Origin: Callorhinchus milii
Taxonomy: Eukaryota
Assembly: GCF_018977255.1 (NCBI RefSeq)
Contig: NW_024704742.1
Coordinates: forward strand, 94,180,001-94,244,000
Reading direction: 5' to 3'
Length of the DNA: 64,000 nucleotides
In this document: piece by piece, positions 10,342-23,330 of the stretch
How positions within the stretch are numbered: position 1 is the stretch's first letter
Layout of the letters: each line of letters starts with the position of its first letter
The notes under the pieces: generated by a model
Database searches by the model: none
The model's input: the letters and a program-made list of their open reading frames with translations, nothing else
What the model was told of the DNA's origin: nothing
Made by a program: the position numbers and the translations under genes

Positions 10342-13300
10342 AACAACAACAACTTGGATTTATATAGCGCCTTCCACGCTGGACGGCGTCTCAGAGCGCT
10401 TCACAGTAACGGATCCCGGGGCCGAGCCCAGGGGAGGGGGAGGAAGGTGACCAAAGGCGCGGTTGAAGAGAAAGGTCTTCAGCCGAGACCTGAAAGTAGG
10501 AAGAGAGGGGGCGAGGCGAAGGGAGTGACAAAGGGAATTCCACAGCCTCGGGGCGTAGTGGCTGAAGGCACGGCCGCCGATGGTGGAGTGAAGGATTCAG
10601 GGGGACAAGGTGGAGGCCAGACCCGGTGGAGCGAAGGTAATGGGCACTGTTGTGAGGAGAGAGGAGGTCAAAGAGGTAGGGGGGCGCAGAGGAGTGGAGG
10701 GATTTGAAAACAAAGGTGAGGATCTTAAAATCGATCCTCTCTGGGACAGGCAACCAGTGCAGTCTGGCAAGGACTGGGGTTATTGGGGAGCAGAGTTTGG
10801 TGCAGGTAAGAATGTGGGCGGCAGAGTTTTGGATGATCCGGATTTTGTAAATGGTAGTGGAGGGGAGACCAGCGAGGAGGGCATTTGAATAGTCCAGTCG
10901 AGAGGCGACAAAGGCGTGGACCAGGGTTTCAGTGGCTTTTGGAATGAAGTATTGGCGGAGATGGGCAATGCGTCGGAGGTGGAAGAAGGCAATGCTGGTG
11001 AGGGACCGGATGTGGGGGAGGAAGAATAATTGGGGGTCAAACCTGAAGCCTAGGTTGCGTACGGGTTCGGAGAGTTTTAGGGGAAGATCAGGTAGGTGGA
11101 GGAGGTGAGAACCCTGTCTGCGGAATGACATCCCCAAGAGGGAGCATGTAGATCAGAAAGAGGAGGGGCCCAAGAATGGATCCTTGGGGTACCCCACAGG
11201 TGACCGGGTGAGAGCGGGAGGAAAAGCCGTTTGTGCAGTTGTACTGCTGGCGGTTTGTGAGGTAGGACTCGAACCAGGCGAGTGTGGTCCCACTGAGGTG
11301 GATGACGGAGGAAAGGCGGTGGAGGAGGATGGCGTGATTGACTGTGTCAATAGTGGCAGAGAGGTCCAGGAGGACAAGGAGGCAGAGGGAGCCCTGGTCA
11401 CAGATAGAGGAAGTCATTTGAGACTTTCACAAGCGCAGTCTCTGTACTGTGGTCTGGGCAGAAACCGGACTGGAGGGACTTGAAGAGAGAGTGGGAGGAG
11501 AGGTGTGCGCGGAGTTGATTTGCAACGACGCGTTCTAGGACTTTTGCGAGGAAGGGCACGTTTGAAATAGGGCGGTAGTGGCTGGGGTTTGAGGGATCTA
11601 GGGAAGGTTTTTTGAGGGGGGTGATGACAGCAATTTTGAGGGGGGTTGGGATTGATCCAGAGGAGAGGGGCTGGTTGATGACGTCAGCCAGTAGCGGGCA
11701 CAGGAGGGGGAGCTGGGTGACCAGCAAGTTGGTGGGAGGGGGTCGAGGCAGCAGATGGTGGGTTTCGTTGAGGTGATGGTGGGTGAGAGGGAGGAAGGAG
11801 AGATGAGGAGGAAGGAATGTAGGATGGTGGTCGTGGTAGGAGCTGATGATGGAGAGCGCGAGGGGGACGGAGAGGGGGTAGTGGTAGATGACAAGAGGCA
11901 GGTGGATGAGGCTACCTGGCGGATATTATGTATTTTGGACGAAAAGAAGTCCATGACCTCCTTGCACTTGCCATTGGATGTGAAGATTGAGGAGGCCTGA
12001 GGGGGGACACAGAGGAGGTAGTGGGTGGTGGAAAAAAGGACTTTGGGATTGTGTTTTGACTCCAAGATGATGTTGGAGTAGAAGGCCGTTTTTGCGCGCA
12101 TCAAAGAACGGCGGTAGCTGTGGAGATGCTCGAGCTACAGTTGGTGATGAGCCGTCAGGCCAGTTTTCTGCCATCTGCGCTCAAGCAGCCGGGTTTGGGT
12201 TTTTAGGGAACGGAGATTATTGTTATACCAGGGGGATCGGGTGGATTTGGAGATGGTCCTGGATTTCAGGGGGACGAAGGAGTTGAAGGTGGAGGAGAGG
12301 CGATCATGGAGCAGCTGGATGGCAGCTTCAGAATCTCTGCGGGTGGAAGGCCAGAGGGATAGGATATTTGAGGATGTGAGGGTCTTTGTGACGGTCTCAG
12401 GAGGTAGCCTTTTCCACGGGTGGCAAAGTATGATTGAGGGCTTGGTGGAGGAGAGAGGGATGTGAGAGGAGAAGGAGATGAAGAAGTGGTCCGAGATGGC
12501 CTTGTCCACTATGCTAAGGTCGGAAATGTTAAGGCCGTGGGTGATGACAAGGTCGAGGGCATGACCACGGTTGTGGGTGGATGAATTTATATGAAGGGTG
12601 AGGTTTAGGGATGAGAGGAGGGTAGTGAAGCTAGTAGAAGTGGTGCAAGGGGAGTTTAGATGGAGGTTGAAATCGCTCATTATGAGCAGGCGTTCGGAGC
12701 ACAGGGCCAGGGAAGAGAGGAGAGATGTCAGAGAGGAAAAAGCCGAGGGGCTTAGTGGGGCGGTAGACCAGGAGGATTTTCAGTGGGAGAGAGGAATGGA
12801 AGAGGGTGAGATGCTCAAAGGAGGGGAAACAGCCAGAGGAGTAGGGGGTAAGACCAAGGGAGGCATTGGAGATGAGGGCCACCCTGCCACCACATTATAA
12901 TAATAATAATAATCCTTGCATTTGATAAAGCGCTTTTCACGTCAGGAGGACGTCCCAAAGCACTTCACAGAACACACTGTAAAGTGAATTGACTGTATAT
13001 ATTTGTGGGCGAAAGCGGCAGCCAATTGCGCACAGCAATGTCACACAAACAGTCGTAGATTGAAAATGACCAATTTATTATTGTTTTGGGTTTTGGAGGG
13101 ATTATTATTAGGCGTGTGGAGTAAGGAAACTTGCCCAAGGTTTCGCCCGCTGCCTGGAATTGAACTCAGGTCTCTCGCTTGCAAAGCGAGTGCTCTAACC
13201 ACTGAGCTACAGGACTCCATGTTGGTTTGGACGGGGGGTGTGGTGGAAGGTGTAGCCTGGAGGGGAGGCTTAAACTAGGGGACAGGGTCATTGGGGGAGA

Positions 13301-13860
13301 GCCAGGTTTCTGTGAACCCAAGAATGTCGAGGTGCTCGTCCAGGATGAGGTCATGGATGGTGAGGGCTTTGTTTGAGAGGGAACGGATATTTTGAAGGGA
13401 AATGCGGATGGGTTTGCTGGTGGGAGGAGAGAGTAATGCGGAGAGGATTTTAGGGTGAACAGGAGAGATGGCTGTGGAGTGTGGTGGGAGTGGAGAGTTG
13501 GGGAGGGTACGTATGAGGGAGGGGGAAGTTGGGTTTGCCTTAAGGAGACAGTTTGAGCGGAGGGAGTGAATGATTGGACACTTGGGGTTGCTGCTCTGGG
13601 ACAGCCAGTGCCGGGAGTCACGATGGGCCCGGCTGGAGCAGAGGGAAGTGGTGATGGGGTCGAGGAGAGAGTGAAGGCGGGGAGGGCGGTGGGAGAGAAG
13701 GACAGAGGGGGAGTAGCAGATAGAAGGGTGTGGGAGGAGAGACATTTAGAGTGGAGGGGGAGGCTCGGGTCGGGGCGGCACCCAAAACGCGCACGCAGAG
13801 ACCGGGAGCGAGCAATCAGCAGGACGGCATCAGCCCTCAGGCTGTGTGGTCATGGCTGGG
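10342..13860 (-). mobile_element. Long degenerate L2-clade LINE (APE endonuclease plus reverse transcriptase ORF2 remnants)
   Basis: Fragmented ORFs: IRISLQNIRSLSNK...LDILGFTETWL (APE), DFNLH..THNRGHALDLV, YRPISNVPFLAKVLE, GVPQGSILGPLLF, LHWLP..RIDFK. (CAA)n tail at 10342. An internal deletion near 11100 removes the YADD motif, and a SINE is inserted at 12896-13218. Confidence 0.92.
12896..13218 (-). mobile_element. Young tRNA(Ala)-derived SINE inserted in an L2
   Basis: Full reverse-complement match to the SINE consensus. Confidence 0.92.
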
Positions 13861-14366
13861 AGTTCATTAACTGAAAGAGTTAATGTTACAGAATATTTGT
13901 CAAAGATAAACCTATTAAATTAGGCAGAGAAAATAAATGGTAATAGCTGGAGAAATAATGCATACAGCAGGAGAAAGGGCAGATAGCAGGAACAGAATGG
14001 GTAGAACGTATGGGTATAAGAGCAATAAGCAATAATTGACAATTACTATCAATTATTACCTCAGAGTGAACAGCTCAGTGATGCACCATTTAGACAAGAG
14101 GGGAAGTATAGGGAATAATTGCAAAAATCATAGAGAATTGAAATAGCCCACAGTTAACTGGATCAAGCAGACAACTAAAAAGGAGTGAGAGTTCATGGAG
14201 TGCAATAAGCAATGGTTTTTAACACATGTTAAGTACTGCCACAGAACAGTAAAACATTTCCTTGGAAATGATTAATAACCTGAAAGTGGGAAATGTCTAG
14301 GTTTTGAGAATCACCAAGTAATTAGATTTGCTATCATTACAACGCTGGAAGACCATAAGCCTTCTT

Positions 14367-14692
14367 TAATAATAATAATAATAATAATAATCCTTGCATT
14401 TGATATAGCGCTTTTCACGTCGGGAGGACGTCCCAAAGCGCTTCACAGAACACACTGTAAAGTGAATTGACTGTATATTTGTGGGCGAACGCGGCAGCCA
14501 ATTGCGCACAGCAATGTCCCACAAACAGTTGTAGATTGAAAATGACCAATTTATTATTGTTTTTGGTTTTGGAGGGATTATTATTAGGCGTGTGGAGTAA
14601 GGAAACTTGCCCAAGGTTTCGCCCTGCCTGGAATTGAACTCAGGTCTCTCGCTTGCAAAGCGAGTGCTCTAACCACTGAGCTACAGGACTCC
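14367..14692 (-). mobile_element. Young tRNA(Ala)-derived SINE
   Basis: Near-consensus copy with a (TTA)n tail. Confidence 0.93.
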
Positions 14693-15609
14693 TTGCAGAT
14701 GTGCAATATTTTGTTGGAACAAACTTTCACTCAATAGTTGAGTATAGGATTTAGTGTGAAGCAAAATTACAAAATAAAAGAGAAGACTTTTTTTATGTAA
14801 AAGTACGTAGAAAGGAAGAGAAAATAGCAAGATTTGCAGCCAAACAAGAAATAAAATCCGAGGAGAGCAATTTTATAAACTAAGCATGCTTGCAGAATGA
14901 GGTGCACATACACAGCAAGGTTGGGGAATGAGCACATAACTAACACTATGTGGTGACAAGGGACAATGTCAGCTTTGTGTTCTCTTCCTCCCCTATTTTG
15001 AATCTATTGATTCGTGTGTGAAGTCGAAAAGAACGAGGCACAATTATATTGCTATTACAGTTCATCAGACTATTAAACTCTCTAGTTAAATCAGTCATTT
15101 TTCTCATGGATAATTGGGGGCCTTGCTGTACTGGCTGCCGAGTTACCAACAATTACATGGTCACTACATTTGACAGCAGTTACCACAACTTGCATTTATA
15201 TAGCACCTTTCACATAGCATAATGTTTTGGAACCGTTCACAGATACAGTGTCAAATGCCAGGCAAGGGAAGAGGGAGAAGGTGACTGTAGGCGCGGTTAA
15301 AGAGGTAAGTATTTTTGCGACTTTTGAAGAGATACAGAGCGAACTCCAGATGGAGGGAGAGAGTTACAAAGTATTGCAGCGTTGTGGCTGCAGGCTTGGC
15401 TGTCGATGAGGCAGGGGATCTGTAGCAGGTCCAAGTTTGTCGAGCAGATAGGGTGAGTAGAATAGTGAAGCTGTAGAATATCACAATAGTATGGAGCTGC
15501 GATGGCGTGAGGGATTAGTGGTTGAGGGTTAGGATCTTAAAGTTGCTCCGCTGAGAGATAAGGTGCATACCGACATACACAGTCAAATTATCATGGCACT
15601 GTTGAGTAC

Positions 15610-15651
15610 TGAACTCTTGATGGCTTACTTAAGTAAGCCGTCAAGAGTTCA
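15610..15651. repeat. 42 bp palindrome centred on TTAA
   Basis: TGAACTCTTGATGGCTTACTT|AAGTAAGCCGTCAAGAGTTCA, with one mismatch. Confidence 0.9.
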
Positions 15652-16079
15652 CAATAATTTCTATGAGACACACTTAGGACAGCATTCAGAACACTTTCTA
15701 CTACGTTTCCCATAGAGTCAGCAATGATTAATGGTACACAGTCCAGTATCTCAGGCATGATGCTTCCTCAAAGCCTACAATCAGACTGACGGCATATCCA
15801 CAAAGCAAGCTTCACCACAGCTTGATCACCACACTAGTCTAGAAACTTCTCAAACATTCCACTTATAAAGTGTTAAAGTATTGAACTGTATACTCGCACA
15901 GGCCAACAAGAACCACAACATAAAGAGAAAAGACATTTCAAGGTTAAAAATTCAGTTGTGTTACACTCATCGTCTTTGGTAATGGTGGCCATTAATGGAA
16001 TTTGCTGTTATAGTCACACATCAGCAAACACTCCGCACATAGTGCTCAGTACACTATGACATAGTGCAGGTTTGGTGAA

Positions 16080-16460
16080 AGCCAAGACTTGGGGTCCCTA
16101 GAGTGTGTGTTTGTGTAGTGCTCGAGTCCAACCACCTAAAACTTGCCATTAAGAGCCTTGTACGGCATATTTCCCACTGCTTATCTAGCTAGGTCCACCC
16201 TACCTATTAGGGTTTTAGTTTGCATAGTTAACAGGAGCTGAGAGGGAAGAATCCCTGCCACCAGTGACCAGTGTGCCCCTCCAAGTCCTGCCAAGAAGCC
16301 AGCTGGCTGGTCTGTCAGCAGCAGTGGACTGGAGTACTGTAGATCGCTGACTCATGAAATGGACCACCGAGACCGCCAGGGTTAACTTGACTCCAATTCT
16401 GAATTCTGTTGCCAAGCACTTGACCTTGGACCCAGCTCAACACCAAGCAGCCCCTGTTCT
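16080..16460 (-). repeat. Unclassified dispersed repeat copy
   Basis: Reverse similarity to 44560-44940. Confidence 0.7.
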
Positions 16461-16991
16461 CTCCACACCCACTACCCCACACCCGCCCTTCATTTTAAAT
16501 GTGCCAGTGCCATAACACTGAACCACTGGGAGTTTATTCAGAAACCAAAATCAAACATTGATCAAAAATACAGTACTTTTTTTAAACCAGCCTCAAAAAC
16601 CAGCTTCATTTATGCAACACCACAATTTTCTTTTGGAATAAATAGTCAAGTTTACTTCCCTCAGTGGAACAATAACACCTTTGATCATTTCTTAGTGACA
16701 TCAGGAACAAGCGCTGGCTTTGTGAATTCTCCATTTTCAATTCATGGAGAACACAACACCCTCATTTTTCTTTGTATAGAAACCAAAACAGAATTGTCAG
16801 CTGGAAGGACAACTGCAGCTCTATAACATTAGGGTTTTAGGAAAGCAGGAGGTGGGTTTTGCTTTTGTGCTTGAACAACTCGCGCAAATGGGCAGCATTT
16901 CCATCTAGTCAAACAATGCATTCACTCCATTAGCCAAATGGAAATGGCTCATCATTTAAAACGTTACGAGGGCTTCGGGAGAACAACTCGT

Positions 16992-17302
16992 GGAGTCCTG
17001 TAGCTCAGTGGTTAGAGCACTCGCTTTGCAAGCGAGAGTCCTGAGTTCAATTCCATGCAGGGCGAAACCTTGGGCAAGTTTCCTTACTCCACACGCCTAA
17101 TAATAATCCCTCCAAAACCAAAAACAATAATAAATTGGTAATTTTTAATCTACGACTGTTTGTGGGACATTGCTGTGCGAATTGGCTGCCGGTTTGCCCA
17201 CAAATATGCAGTCAATTCACTTTACAGTGTGTTCTGTGAAGCGCTTTGGGACATCCTCCCAACGTGAAAAGCGCTATATCAAATGCAAGGATTATTATTA
17301 TT
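16992..17302 (+). mobile_element. Young tRNA(Ala)-derived SINE
   Basis: Near-consensus copy. Confidence 0.92.
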
Positions 17303-17836
17303 TTAACAACAGACTCCAGCCCTGCAAGAAACTGCTGATCTTTTGCATACAATTTAACCAGAGGCTTCCTATCAAGGCATATCTTCTTTGGGCTCAGACC
17401 CAAAAGCCAGTTGGAAAAAAACACTGTTTGGAGTAATTGAGTGCTCATTCGACTACTAGCAACATTCAGTTTAACATCTCATCTGAAGGATGGCAACTCC
17501 CACAATATAGCACCCCTCCCAACCCCTAGCACAGTAGTGGAGTGTCAGCTTTGAACCCACAACCTTCTAACTCAGGCGAGAGTGCTACCAACCGATCCAA
17601 ACTAACATCAGAATGAATGGAGGGGGGAGGGAAAGTTGTTTTGCATTAATTTGAATTAGGAGTACAAATATATATTTTGTTCCATTTTAGGATCCATACC
17701 TTTAGTAAAACCCCAAACAGTTCCCTCAATCCTAGAACCGTTTTTCAGCACCTTCAGGAAAAGACCAGTACAGTTTATTACTGACACATCACATTTTACA
17801 TCCCTTTAATTCATCCATTTAAGAAGAATCCACATA

Positions 17837-18155
17837 TAATAATAATAATAATGCTTGCATTTGATATAGCGCTTTACACGTCGGGAGGACGTCCCAAAGC
17901 GCTTCACAGAACACACTGTAAAGTGAATTGACTGTATATTTGTGGGCGAACGCGGCAGCTAATTGCGCACAGCAATGTCCCACAAACAGTCATAGATTGA
18001 AAATGACCAATTTATTATTGTTTTTGGTTTTGGAGGGATTATTATTAGGTGTGTGGAGTAAGGAAACTTGCCCAAGGTTTCGCCCTGCCTGGAATTGAAC
18101 TCAGGTCTCTCTCACTTGCAAAGCGAGTGCTCTAACCACTGAGCTACAGGACTCC
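17837..18155 (-). mobile_element. Young tRNA(Ala)-derived SINE
   Basis: Near-consensus copy; the sequence tccacatata occurs at both ends (TSD-like). Confidence 0.92.
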
Positions 18156-18292
18156 ACATATATCTATGCTTGAGGTAGTGAGGTGGATGTCCTCAAAGGT
18201 TACTGGTTGGTCTGCTCTGGCCAGAACAATGCAATAGTGAAGAAGAGAACGACAACTTGCATAGTGCCCTTCACACGAGGTTGCATCTCATG

Positions 18293-19797
18293 ACAACAAC
18301 AACAAGATTCTATTTGTGTAGCGCCTTTCACGTCGGGAGGACGTCCCAAGGCGCTGGAGAGTGTACAACATTTCAGACCCGAGCTGGGGTTGGGGGGGAG
18401 AAGGGAGGGGAGGGGAAGGGGGGTGGCCGATGGAATGGTCGAAGAGGAGGGTCTTGAGGCAGCACTTGAAGGAGGCTAAGGAGGGGGCGACACAGAGCGA
18501 CTGGGGGATGGAATTCCAGAGGTTGGGGGCAGAGTGGCTGAAGGCTCTCCCATCAATGGTGGGGCGGGTGGTCGTGGAACTGGCCGGAGCCAGCTGAGCG
18601 GAGGGAGCGGGCGGGTTGGTAGGGAGTTAGGAGGTCGCAGAGGTATGGTGGAATGAGGCCATGGAGGGCTTTGTATGTGAGGACCAGGATCTTGAACTGG
18701 ATCCTCTGAAGGATAGAAAGCCAGTGGAGTCGGGCAAGAGTGGGGGAGATGGGGTCAAGGAGCCTGGTGCGGGAGAGGACACAGGCTGCAGAGTTCTGGA
18801 TTATCTGCAGCTGTGGAGGGAGGAGTTGGGAAGGCCAACAAGTAGGACATTTGCATAGTCGAGCCTGGAGGTGATGAAGGCATGAACAAGTGTTTCAGCG
18901 GCCTGAGGGGTGAGGTAGTGGCGGAGTCAGCGATGTTACAGAGGTGACTGAAGGCAGAGTGGGTCATGACTTGGATGTGGGGAAGAAAAGATAGTTGAGG
19001 GTCGAACAAGACACCTGGGTTCCTGACTGGTTTGGTGAGTTGAAGTGTGCAACCATGGAGGCTGATGCTGCCAGAGCCTGAGGTGCTGAGGCGCTGGCGT
19101 GAGCCAATCAGGAGGGCCTCAGTCTTGTTCACATTCAACTGTACGAAATTTGCCCTCATCCAGGACTTGATGTCCAACAGGCAGTCTGTCAGGACAGCAG
19201 TGGTCCTGGAGTTGAGGGTGGAGGCAGAAAGATAGAGTTGGGTGTCATCCGCATACATATGGAAGTTGACCCCATGTCTGCGGATGATGTCACCAAGGGG
19301 GAGCGTGTAGATATTAAAGAGGAGAGGGCCAAGGACTGAGCCCTGGAGAATGCCAGATGTGACAGTGCGCGGGCTGGTGGAGAAACCGTTATAGGCAACG
19401 AAATGGAGACGGTGAGAGAGATAGGAATCGAACCAGGCAGGGGCAGATCCATGCAGATTGAGTAAAGCGGAGAGGCGGTGTATGAGGATGGAGTGGTCGA
19501 CAGTGTCGAAGGCGGCAGAGAGGTCGAGGAGGACAAGGAGGCAGAGGGAGCTCTGATCACAGATATTCAGAATGTCATTAGTGACTTTGACCAGGGCTGC
19601 TTCCGTGCTGTGGGCTGTGGGCAGTGCGGAAGCCGGATTGGAGGGGTTCAAAGAGGGAATGGCGAGAGAGAAAGGAGTGGAGCTGGGACGCAACGACTCG
19701 TTCCAGGACCTTGGAGAGGAATGGGAGGTTAGAGATGGAGCGGTAGCTGCAGAGGAGGATAGATCCAGGGAAGATTTTTTCAGGGTGGGGGTGAAGG
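18293..19797 (-). mobile_element. 5'-truncated L2 LINE (RT domain)
   Basis: 312-aa ORF with [34 protein letters not shown]; (CAA)n tail. Confidence 0.93.
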
Positions 19798-19828
19798 CTT
19801 AATTAAGTGCAGGAATGTATATTTAGTA

Positions 19829-20335
19829 GACAACAACAGCAACAAAATTCCATTTATAAAGCGCCTTTCACGTCGAAAGCACAGCTGAAGGCATAGTCGA
19901 AAAGGAGGGTCCTGAGTCATGCCTTGAAGGAGGCAAGGGAGGGAGCAAGGTAAAGGGTTTGTGGGATGGAGTTCCAAAGGGTGGGGGCAGAGAGGCTGGA
20001 AGCATGGCCGCCAATGGTAGGGTGGGTCGGGCGGGAGACATGGAGCAGGCCGGAGCCTGCTGAACAGAGGGAGCGGACAGGTTGATAGAGGGTCAGAGAT
20101 GTAGGAGGGGACAAGGCTGTGGAGGGCCTTCAAAATGAGGACAAGGATTTTGAATTCTATCCTCTGGGGGATGGGGAGTCAGTGGAGCCCGGCGAGGGTG
20201 AGGGTGATGGGGTCATGGAGCCTGGTGTGGGAGAGGTCACGAGCTGCAGAGTTCTGGATGATCTGCAGCTGTGGAGGGAAGAGTTGGGGAGGCCGACAAG
20301 GAGGGAGAATCCGTAGTCAAGTCTTGAGGTGACAA
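19829..20335 (-). mobile_element. L2 LINE 3' fragment
   Basis: PTLWNSIPQ..APSLASFK plus tail. Confidence 0.82.
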
Positions 20336-20635
20336 ATGTGATTGTCTCATCTCCAAAGTTTACTGTATGCCTTGTTTAGAATGTCAATAATTCTAGTTTA
20401 ATTGGATAGTATCCTCACAGACAGCTACAGATCCCTTCACACCCTGGCACCTCCTTACCTCTCTGACCTGCTTTCTCCCCACTCCACTACCCCACCGCCT
20501 CTACTTGGCTGACTCTATCCTCCTGCTTGTCCCTTGTCCCTTTCACTCCATCATCAGCAGCCACAGCACCCCAAAACGTTGGAACTCTCTCCCTCAATCC
20601 CTCCTCCTTGCCGCATCCAGCTGCTTTTTCATATC

Positions 20636-21083
20636 AACAACAACAACAACAACAACAAGATTCCATTTATTGAGCGCCTTTCACGTCGGGAGGATGTCCT
20701 AAGGCGCTGTACAGTTGGGTCAGGACCCGAGCAAGGGGGAAATGGTCAGGGTAAGGGGAGGGAAGGGAGGGAGCGAGGAGGGGGTAGAGAGTCGAGAGGG
20801 GAGCTGAAGGCACGGTCAAAGAGAAAGGTCTTGAGACCGGCCTTGAAGGAGGAAAGGGAGGAGGCGGCGAAGGCACTGGGGGATAGAATTCCAGAGCCTA
20901 GGGGCTGAGAGGCTGAAGGCCCAGCCACCGATGGTAGGGCATTTGGGGCGGGGATGTGGAGCAGACCGGAGCCAGAGGAACGGAGGGTACGGGCAGGTAA
21001 GTAGGGGGATAGTAGGTCGGAGAGGTAGGAGGGAGCGAGGCCGCGAATGGCCTTGTAGGTGAGGGTGAGGATCTTGAATTCTA
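20636..21083 (-). mobile_element. Young L2 LINE 3' fragment
   Basis: Nearly identical to 46390-46920 in reverse; [25 protein letters not shown]. Confidence 0.9.
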
Positions 21084-23002
21084 TATCATGCCTATAGACC
21101 GTCCCTCTCAATCGTGCTTATGGTCACCTCCTCCCTCCCCGCAACTTGGCAACAGGCTCCGCTATTGTTACGTGCTGCAAGACACTCTCTCGCTTGAAGG
21201 ACACTATAAATGCAAGTTGTTGTTGTTTGGTTTATGTACCAACCCTCACCATTATGATTCATTGTTGACCAAAGGTAGATTGTTGACCATTACCATTGAT
21301 GTATTGCACTGTTTGTACTTGTGCTTAAAAGTCACAACTAAAATGCTGTGGGTAAAAAAGGGCCTCAATAATCAGAAGGTATTTCAAGATTGCTACATAT
21401 TTCAATCAAAGTAGAGTCAAGTACAGTACTATGTATTGTGGAGACAGCCAGACAAACACTGTGCCAGGGCTCAAGCTGAGCCCATTATTCACTGTGTTTT
21501 TTGGAGCAAAGGCTAAAAATAAGATTTATACACTGCACTGAAGATCGAAAAAGCTTTGTGGGAAATTGAATCTTTATTAGCTGCCAATATTTAGTCAAGT
21601 CTTTCAATAATTAATTATTTCATAAAGGCAGGGGAGATAACATGTAATCCTCATCCAAGGACAAGGTATTCAGCATATCACAACCCAATAACATAGTACT
21701 GTTTCAGGCAGGTGAAGACCATTGACCATTGATCTATCCTATCCCTCCGACTTGCTAAAAAGATTCCTTTGACACAGCTCATCCTCTAATAACCTTGAAT
21801 CATTCCGATTTCAGGGAACTTTGTTTCTCCTTTCTTTATTGCTCTTTGTCCCACTACCTGTGTTGACAGTGTACTTCACATGCTTTGCATTGTTTTATTA
21901 GAAAAAGATCTCCTGCACTTCCTACTTCCTATTACTTTCCTTCCTCCTCATCTTCTTCCTCCTTCCCTTCCAGCTCGAGCTCCTAGTCAACTGTGTAAAG
22001 CGCTCTGAGACGTCCTCCCGATATGAAAGATGCCATATATATATTTATTTATTTGTTTATTTGTTTGTTTGTTTATATATTTATATATATAAACAAACAA
22101 ACAAATAAATGTAATCCTTGGATTTGATATAGTGCCTATCAGGTCAAGGTGATTTCTCAAAGAGTTTTGACACACCTTATCCTTTAATAACCTTGGATTT
22201 AATGTAAGGTACAGTGACTGTATTTTGTTGGCAAACATAAGGTAAAATGTAAATTGTTGTTGTTTCAAAGCTTGGTTAATGACTTCCACTTGGACTACTG
22301 TTTTAGGTGTATAATATACAACGAACACCACTAACCTCTGTTGACACTTCTGGCCTCTATATATCAACCAGAGTAAAATGACTGTTGAACATTTTACTTT
22401 ACAAGGACATTTCTGGAGTATTGAGTATTGGTCAGAATATATCCAAAAGCTGTAGGTTCCTCAGTTAGAAAACTCTCTTAACCTCTCATTACAACTGTGG
22501 AAGGAATCCAAGCTAACATGTGGGTCCTTGCCTCCACAGGATTGAAGGTGATGCTCCATTGTTACAGAGTATAAGGTAAGATGTACTCTGTATTAATGTC
22601 ACGAGGTAAGAGACGCTCCCTAAAAGGAGTCACAAGCCTCTAATATGCCTTGCTGAATGCTGAGCTTATTCCAAAAGGTACAGGTGAGTGAAGAGAAAAA
22701 AAAGGTGATTGAATGAAAATATTTTTAAGGATTTTCCAGGAGTGATATATGCACTACACCAACAGAATATTCTGTGAAGCACTTTGAGCTGTCTTCCTGA
22801 TATGAAAGGTGATATAGGGTAGAGGCTAGTGTTCCAGAGGTCAGGCTTTGTGGGACGCTACCCTGAGTGAGGAGCACTATATAAATGCAAGTTGTTGTTC
22901 TTGATATATCAAATGTGAGGATTATTATGTGGAAAAAACAGAACATTTAACCTGTGATATATAATTCCAGACATTCTTTCACTCACGCTCAAAAGAAAGA
23001 AC

Positions 23003-23330
23003 AATAAAACTTGCATTTATATAGCACCCCTCATGCAGGGTAGGGTCCCAGCACGCTTGACAATGGTGGAGCACAATGCCGAGCCGGGGGGAGGGGGAGG
23101 TGACCGTCGGCACGATCCGAATAGGACGGTCTTCAAGCCCAACCTGAAGATGGGGAAAGAAGGGGCAAGGCTGAGGGATAGAGGAAGAGTGTTCCAGAGT
23201 TTCGGAGCATCGTGGCTGAAAGCACGGCAGCAGGTTGTGGGTTGGGGGATAAACAGGTCAGAGAGGTAGGGAAGTGCTAGGGCATAAAGGGATTTGAAAA
23301 CGAGTGTGAGGATTTTGAAATCGATCCGAC
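23003..23330 (-). mobile_element. L2 LINE 3' fragment
   Basis: RIDFKILTLVFKSL...APKLWNTLP. Confidence 0.75.

Noticed and set aside
14366..14614. Recurrent small ORFs such as MGKFPYST...KCKDYYY
   Set aside because: These are translations of SINE copies with variable frames and non-ATG starts.
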